DNA of 64,000 nt from Eledone cirrhosa (Eukaryota): contig OZ024740.1 in NCBI GenBank assembly GCA_964016885.1, positions 338,520,001 through 338,584,000 on the forward strand. The letters are read 5' to 3'. The translations under genes were made by a program, and so were the position numbers. Positions 55,865 to 64,000 of the stretch are shown here, one piece after another (the first letter of the stretch is position 1; each line of letters begins with the position of its first letter). The notes under the pieces are model-generated. The model did not search any database. It was not told the origin of the DNA and worked only from the letters and a program-made list of their open reading frames with translations.

Positions 55865-56860
55865 ATGATGATGATGATCATCATCATCACCATCGTTTAA
55901 CGCCCATTTTCCACGTTAGCATGGGTTAGACGAGTTATCCCGCTGGGAGTCAAGCCATATCATATGACTGTGTCTTACTCATACAGAATTGATTTTAGCT
56001 TGGTTTCTACGGATTGATGACCTTCCTAACGCCAACCACATTTAGAATGTATAATGGGTCCGTTATCGTGGCACCAAAACGATCACTTTACATTTGTGGA
56101 CTAGGGGTTAGGTGGGGGAGGTGCGTAGGGTTTGGAGAGGTAGCTATGGGTGGCGGACTTATCTGGTGAAGGTTGGGATGTAGGGACGTGAGTGGAGAGT
56201 GTGGTGATAGGACGGGGGAGGTGTATGGAAGAAGAAGGGGAAGGTAGAGGAAGTGGTGCATACTAGATTCCGCCCGTGCACATGGGTAGGTGGGTTTTCT
56301 GTATTACTGCATAATGCCAAAGATCTCGATCCTGTGTTATCGCCTTTGGGAGATGCAATTGTGCAAGGTCAGCTTTTATCATCTCGTCCCATTTGCTGTC
56401 CTCGTATGTATTTGGTATGTATTTGAAAGTAAGGTCTTTTAATATACCCCACGCTGGTTCTGAAAAACAGGCTGAGGTAGAGTGGCAACGTGGTGCGTGG
56501 GAAACTGGATAGAAGAAAGCGGCCACCTCATAAGCCCAAGAACAAAAAATATAAGGACTGTCGTAAAGAGTGACTTATACATGCTTGCATCGATACTGCA
56601 ACATGGGAAACTGATACCACTGATAGAAGTAACTGGGAAGGAAAGATTCTGACAAGGAAAAATCTGACAAGGGAAAATTGTTTTTGAGTCATCTTCATCT
56701 CGGGTGCAACATCAGATATTTAAAGAGGATATCAGAAAGTGTTTTGCTGTGGAATTACCATAACAAACTAGGGATGTCCATGATTTAACATGCGAAATCT
56801 GTAACAGAATTTGCTTCAGCCAGGCAGATAAGAAACGACATCTACACAGTCATGAATATA
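55865..56860. mobile_element. Family B/RTE 3' remnants (-) and a second RTE-like 3' fragment (+, about 56400-56860)
   Basis: (cat)n tail; RWDEMIKADL..DRDLW; downstream CEICNRICFS..HLHSH zinc-finger-like tail. Confidence 0.55.
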
Positions 56861-57759
56861 GATATGTTCAGCTTTTTTAGGAGTTAGGTTATCCTTGGTA
56901 AGATTATTTATAATGTAAAATTGATGAGGTATATTTTAAACTTCCAAATTTCTACAAAAATCGCAGGTGAGAGAATTTATCCTTTTATGCAAATTATTCA
57001 AATTTTTAACTACTTTCTTTTGCAACATCATGCTAAGTTATTACATTCAAATATCTAGCTTCATTAACATTTTTAATTTAATGTTTAACATTTTAGAATT
57101 AAAATTTTATTTCAAATTCAAATATCTTAATATGTTTACATTTTGAAATAATTCTCATAAACATTCACACCCACAGAAGGCAATATTCCCTCGATTAATT
57201 TTTTTTTGTCCATCTTTAAAATAATCTAAATGAAATCGTATTCTGTTTCAATAAAATCTACATTTGAAAATACATTCCAAGAAAATGAACTAATATCATA
57301 GTTAGCGGTAGCACTAATATAAAATGATTCATACGAAATCATATACGATATGTATAATAAACATATGTAATTCTCGCAAAAACTGTTTTAAGCTGTGATC
57401 ATGTAACAGTAGAGATGTGAGAATGACAGACACAAGTGTTTTATCACACAGTCACTGTGATAGCTGTGACATGATCACTGCTTAAAACAGTCATATCAAG
57501 ATATATATTTTTATTATACACAATTACATTGTATATATCTCCGTAAACACCTCTATTATGTGTACTAAAACATGAGAAAACAACTATAAAAAAATTATTT
57601 AAATACGATCAATCATAAATTATCTACAATTTACTAAACAATACCACACGCTTCTACACAAACAAGCCCTCCCACTTTTGCGTTTCTTTTCCTATCTTCT
57701 TGAATGACTTACACAAAGACAAGTATATAATGGTTTCTGATGTATGCATAAAGCCAACG

Positions 57760-57925
57760 ATTTTAGTTGAGGGGGGCATTAAATCAACCCCAGTGCGTTA
57801 CTAGTGCTTTATTTTATCAAACTCGTAAGAATGAAAGGCGAAGCTGACCTCAGCGGGATTTGAGCTCAGGGCGTTAAGGCTTTAAACTCTATGTCGCAAA
57901 ACATCTTGTCCGGCAATCTACTGAT
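57760..57925 (-). mobile_element. SINE family A
   Basis: Diagnostic motif present. Confidence 0.65.
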
Positions 57926-58171
57926 ACAACAAAATAAAACGAAAGCCGAAAAGACGTTTATTTTACTGCTTGAAGATTTGCCAACTAATTGAAATACATG
58001 CACATCTACTGCAAACAACAATTTATTAAAATGCTTTACTGAATTGCATATGTATTTGAATTTATTCCTCCGACTGTTTGCTATAAAATTCCATTGCACT
58101 CATGTCAGCTAAATTTTCCGTTCCTTGTCCTTTTCTCTGGCATACAATTTCACTCTAACCACAGTTTATTT

Positions 58172-58262
<91 letters not shown>

Positions 58263-58607
58263 TGGCGGACTGGCCAGGTTGCCCAATGGCAAGTGGGCTC
58301 CAGGGGGCTCACTATAGCATTGCAAGAGCCCACAGTAGCATTGCAGGGCCTAGTGTAGTATTTTAGGGGCCAATGCTTTGCTTTAAAAAAATACCTGAAA
58401 TCTAAGAGAAAGGATAAAATAAAAAAATAAAATAAAACAATTAAGCAAAGCATTTGGTCAACCAATTCCCAGGGAATTACTAGAAACCAAAATATGCGAT
58501 AGTGCAAATAGCTGGAATCAGTGGTTGTACATTCTATTAAATCTAAAGCTTAGTGTATTCATTCATGCATGCAAACATACATATATAGATACAGACACAC
58601 AAGCATA

Positions 58608-58679
<72 letters not shown>

Positions 58680-59235
58680 CACCATCACACCGCTATTAGC
58701 TGTCAAACGGCTAACTGATCACTAGATCATAAATCTCTTAACATCTCTTTCACCCTCTCCCCCTGAAACATCAACCCCATTAAGACAAGACAATCAGCAA
58801 AACATTTACCACACACATTTGTCAAACCTTCACCATTGACCCTTAGCCCTTAAATCTCATACTAGTATCTCCCAATTAATCTCTAATTTATTGCTTTTTC
58901 TTTTATCTGTCACTACATCAGACTCTCTACACGTATCTATGTATGTTTCGAATATGACTTTCATATTAGCACTAAACCCACCACAGAATCCTTATACGAA
59001 CACTTACTCACCACCACTATCATATTCTTTACTTACATGCTCTCACTTATCCTTATTTCTTTATATGTTTCCACTTTCTTACCTTTTTACTGCATCTTTT
59101 TTCTTATCTTTTACTTTTTACTTTTTATATCTGTAACTTCTCTACCTATTTATCATATATATTTTATTATTGACGTTATTGTTTTGATTATACGCTATTT
59201 CTCTCTATATACCTTGCCTTGAGTGAATTGTTTTT

Positions 59236-59346
59236 GTATTCTGAGGAGTTGATCAGAGGTAAATAATGTAATGGAGATCGAGTGACGCAACTTCGAGCGA
59301 ATAACGACCTCTAGACTCACCTGATCAATGAAACAATTGTCAATAC
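59236..59346 (+). ncRNA. Type I HHR with long branched stem II, inside a (TA)n-flanked element (about 58680-59563)
   Basis: gtatt CTGAGGA gttgatcag...ctgatcaat GAAA caattg TC aatac. Confidence 0.88.
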
Positions 59347-59560
59347 CTGAAATAAAGCCCCTTGTTGAACAGCCAACCATGTTACTCTTCATTCTTTCAC
59401 TATTATTTCTCCAAGTATAACCTGCATAGGATTACCGCGAACTCGTTGGCTAACTATGGAAACATCTTGTTGAGTTAAACAAAGCCGTACGTTAAAACTA
59501 TCCACGACGCAGAGTACTCACAACCTCTAACTGGATTACCTATAACGATAACTTCTAACC

Positions 59561-59608
<48 letters not shown>

Positions 59609-59758
59609 CTGGAATTCTATAAGAATCCAGCTTCGATAATTTTCGGTGAAAGCAGGGGAGTACGTGGCTCTAATTAACACCAACCAGCGTGAAACAGGCT
59701 GTCAGCTTTTCTCCCTTCTTTCGCCGAAAAGAAGTAAGTGACATAATCACTACTTCTA

Positions 59759-59810
<52 letters not shown>

Positions 59811-60086
59811 CCATATTTACACACGAACTACTGATCATTTATAAGCTATCTATTTTTGAAGTTCTAGTTAAACTTTAATTAGTTACCTACATAGCTATGT
59901 GTGCTTACACACCTTTACAAATTATTCCCTGTGATTGTTTCATGTTTATTTTAGATATATATATATGTCAATCAATTTCTAGTTGATATAAAATGCTCGG
60001 ATCTATTCATTGGAATCTTGGAGCATATTCTACAGTGGATATGGCGCATGTCCTTCTGACATGACACCCTTAATTTAATTTAATTT

Positions 60087-60136
<50 letters not shown>

Positions 60137-60885
60137 GCCAATCATTGTAAGTTTGAATCTAACTGACATGCAAAAACATATATATAGGAATAAGGTAAGC
60201 CCAAATCATAGTAGATTCAAATATCAAAGAGAGAAAGATAGAGGGATTGATGAGGGGGGGGGGGACAGAAATGAAGCATGGATTACAGGTTAAAATATAG
60301 TCTAGATAGATGTGAAACAAAACGAGGACGTAGTTTATGGAACACCCAAATGATTTAGAAGTCACCTTAAGTAGGAGCAATAACATTAAGAAAGACATGA
60401 ACGACTCCGCAACACTTTGTTTAAAACATTTTGAAAGTAGGTTTATAAGTATGAATTTCCATAAGATTTTCGTAGTTCTCTCTGTGGCTTAGCGGTAGTT
60501 ACTAGAGACGATGGCGATCCTGGCCTTGTGTTTAATCCTGGTCAAGGTACATGAAACCTGTTTTAGTTTTTATTTTACAACCAATAGAAAAACAACTGAA
60601 ACGGTTTACCGTGAACCCTATCCTCGACACGGATCGAACTTCAGACCAGGATCACCACCATCTAGGCTGCCAAGACAGCTGCAAAAGTACAATGAAAATT
60701 AATAATTATAAACATACTTTCAAAATCAAAGTTTAAAAAATGTGGTGACGTTCAGTGCTTTCCTAGAGGTATTTGTCATATTTAGGGTCGACCTTATTAT
60801 TCCTATATGTATTTAACTGTTGAATTAATTTAATTTGATTATTTTAACAAACAAATAATGTATACACACATACACACACACACAC

Positions 60886-60931
<46 letters not shown>

Positions 60932-61393
60932 ACTCTCCCGTCGATATCCGACGTATGAGTGTCCAACAAAAGTTAAATGTGAGAAAGTGAACTGATGTTG
61001 AACTACGCACACAAAGTTTTGTTTTAAGGGGTGTAGGCTTGTGTAGGATCAACCAAACTTTTTGGAACTGACGACACATATCTTCGGTGCAAATGTTTGC
61101 CATGGAAAATACGACAGCCCCCAGCTTTTTATGGCTCAGAGTTTAACCTCTCCGTATATTTAAAAAAAAAAACTATTTGGATGAACGTTGACTCTGCTGA
61201 GTTCCTCCTCCCTTTGCCGGGTCTTGTATTTTATCCCGGAGGGTGTCCAAATATTACCCCCCTCACCAAGAAAACTTGGTGGGATTGCCGGTTTAGTCGC
61301 CGACAACCCAACCATGAGACAGGTTGTACTGGGTTACATATTACCAGCAGCGCTCGAAAGCGACCGTACATAATATACATATATATATATATA

Positions 61394-61995
61394 TGGGGAG
61401 GGTCATATTTGTGTAATAATATTAACAGAATTAATAACAGAACACACTCGCTGTTTCATAAGATTTTCGTAGTTGTCTCTGTGGCTTAGCGGTGGGTACT
61501 AGAGACGATGGAGATCCTGGCCTTGTGTTCAATCCTGGTCAAGAGATACATGAAAACTTTTTCAGTTTTTATTTTACAACCAATAGAAAAAAACTGAAAA
61601 GGTTTACCCGGAACCCTACACCCCGAGCTGGGTTGAACTTCAGATTAGGATCACCACCGTCTACGATTCCTCCAACTAGGCCACCGAGAGGGCTACGAAA
61701 GTGTAATGAAAATTGATAATTATAAACCTACTTTCAAAATCGAAGTTAAAAATATGTGGTGTCGTTCATGGCTTTCCTATAGCTATTAGTAATATTTAGG
61801 GTCTACTTCTGGTCATTATCGAAAGTCTCTGGATTTGGCAAAATACATAATATTTTTCCGCAAAAATTTGATTGCACTATTTAGTTTTCGAAAATGTTAT
61901 TTATTCATTATAAAAATTCAATGATAGCATTCTATATATAGGTGGGCCCCCTTCATCTCTTGGCAACCAATATTTTTAGACCCAGTCCGCTCCTG
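61394..61995 (-). mobile_element. Non-coding element with PLE-type tail and two inverted degenerate tRNA-like units; related copy at about 60455-60800
   Basis: Tail gggagggtcatatttg..aataacagaacacactc as at 50236; A/B boxes on both strands. Confidence 0.6.
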
Positions 61996-62012
61996 TATAT
62001 ATATATATATAT

Positions 62013-62098
<86 letters not shown>

Positions 62099-62139
62099 AG
62101 GAAGTTATAGTTCACTTGAAGCATTGTGTAATGAGGTAT

Positions 62140-62490
62140 AAACGTTTCTATATGTATAATAAAACCAAAACAGTGCAGGTATGGACATAGAATAAAGAAT
62201 GCAAATGCAAAAGATATTGTTGACAATTAGTCTTTTACCTTAGATTTATTTAAATGTCCTTAATTTTCGAGATAATATCTCTTCTTCAGCATGACTTGGC
62301 AAGCTATTTAGAACACTGGTTTAACCGCTTTACTTCCCCCCGAAAAAGAGATATCTCGAAAATTAAGGATATTTAAATAAATCTAAGGTAAAAGACTAAT
62401 TGTCAACAATATCTTTTGCATTTGCATTCTTTATTCTATGTCCATACCTGCATTGTTTTGGCTTTAGTATACATATACAAACATTTATAT
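62140..62490. mobile_element. Foldback element (about 140-bp arms) with degenerate HHR
   Basis: 62140-62283 versus 62346-62488; rc CTGAAGA a gagata/tatctc GAAA. Confidence 0.7.
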
Positions 62491-62573
62491 ATATATAAAT
62501 ACCATATTTATTTTTTGATACCCAGATTCCTGATGATTTCTAAAGAATGAAACAGTTCTAGTCCTGTAGAATC

Positions 62574-62890
<317 letters not shown>

Positions 62891-62903
62891 TTTTTTCTTT
62901 ATA

Positions 62904-62943
<40 letters not shown>

Positions 62944-63277
62944 AAAGTTCTATTTAAATTGTTGGGATACAACAAGCAAATATTTTTATAACTGATATAA
63001 AGCACTCGACAAATATTTGGAGTAGATATATGATATTAATAAATGGAAACTATATTTATAAAACCATATTTATTTCATTATATATATTTCAAGGATACCA
63101 AGTTAAATTATGGTATGCCTTCAAAATACAATATATAACAAGTAAGTATGTTTTGAAACAGTGAGCGAGTTTGAAATTAGAAAATATATAGCTTTCACCG
63201 TATTTTTTTTTAACTAAAGGAATTTTAGCTTGATAACGGGGTTTAGAACCCTCAGATAAATGGAAAAATATGAGTAT

Positions 63278-63348
63278 TGACGTACATGGGAGTCGAACCC
63301 ACATCGGTGGTTATCGCGACCACTGTGCTACCATTACACCAACACATC
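63278..63348 (-). ncRNA. tRNA-like cloverleaf (inverted copy)
   Basis: gatgtgt tg gtg(taatggtag)cac a gtggt(cgcgata)accac cgat gtggg(ttcgact)cccat gtacgtc a. Confidence 0.7.
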
Positions 63349-63523
63349 ACCCGTCTCTTTCCATTCAAATTAGAAACAAGCTAAAATTCCTTTAGTTAAA
63401 AAAAAATACGGTGAAAGCTATATATTTTCTAATTTCAAACTCGCTCACTGTTTCAAAACATACTTACTTGCCATTTAAACTCGCTAAGAATGTAGTTTCT
63501 AATTTGAATGGAAAGAGACGAGT

Positions 63524-63594
63524 GATGTGTTGGTGTAATGGTAGCACAGTGGTCGCGATAACCATAGATGTGGGTTCGACTCCCATGTACGTCA
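63524..63594 (+). ncRNA. tRNA-like cloverleaf with A and B boxes and T5 about 10 nt downstream
   Basis: 7-bp acceptor (3 GU), D, anticodon and T arms; loop CG-CGA-TA lacks U33. Confidence 0.72.
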
Positions 63595-63794
63595 ATACTC
63601 ACCTTTTTCCATTTATCTGAGGGTTCTAAACCCCGTTATCAAGCTAAAATATATAACAGTTTTATAAATAGACATTGACGTACCCTTTTAAAAAGTGACC
63701 GTTGCTTTTGGAGACCATCGGGATGGCCTCCAAAAGCAACGGTCACTTTTTAAAAGGGTACGTCAATGTCTATTTATAAAATTGTTATATATTG

Positions 63795-63859
63795 TATTTT
63801 GTCTGATGAAGGCATACCATAATTTAACTTGGTATCCTTGAAATATATATAATGAAATA
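63795..63859 (+). ncRNA. Minimal HHR in a multiply inverted element (about 63025-63900)
   Basis: tattttgt CTGATGA aggcatacca..tggtatcctt GAAA tatata TA atgaaata. Confidence 0.82.
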
Positions 63860-63898
63860 AATATGGTTTTATAAATATAGTTTCCATTTATTAATATC

Positions 63899-63939
<41 letters not shown>

Positions 63940-64000
63940 TAAATCTGTTATTTTAATAAATATTTGCTCTAGGGTTCTTATATATTTGATATATATTTAT

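Noticed and set aside
59825-59872. aacta CTGATCA...GAAG..tagtt
   Set aside because: Two core mismatches and no stem II
61060-61105. CTGACGA cac..gtg CAAA
   Set aside because: G12 missing and stems I and III poor
63524-63594. Functional tRNA-Ser(CGA)
   Set aside because: No U33, no long variable arm, three GU pairs in the acceptor; kept only as tRNA-like

Overview
AT-rich, repeat-saturated eukaryotic (metazoan) intergenic or intronic DNA. The SINE and microsatellite style suggests a mollusc such as an octopus, but this is inference only. I found no supportable host protein-coding gene; nearly all ORFs are microsatellite artefacts. Recognisable coding remnants are transposon-derived: several Penelope-like element (PLE) RT/GIY-YIG fragments (one 455-aa open frame at 50762-52129), RTE and CR1 LINE 3' ends, and a Tc1/mariner HTH fragment. 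tRNA-type SINEs, Helitron ends and MITEs are also present. The main signal lies from about 22.8 kb onward. There, (TA)n tracts are strung with many unrelated short non-coding elements, each with PLE-style terminal redundancy or inverted segments, and most carrying a type I hammerhead ribozyme (HHR). I folded about 15 near-intact HHR copies by eye plus about 10 degenerate ones, in roughly a dozen sequence families. They include tandem 466-530 nt retrozyme-like monomers, two families with a compensatory U3-A8 core, a family pair sharing an octamer-containing inverted motif, and an element with a full tRNA-like cloverleaf upstream of its HHR. All folds and coordinates were read manually, and element boundaries are approximate.
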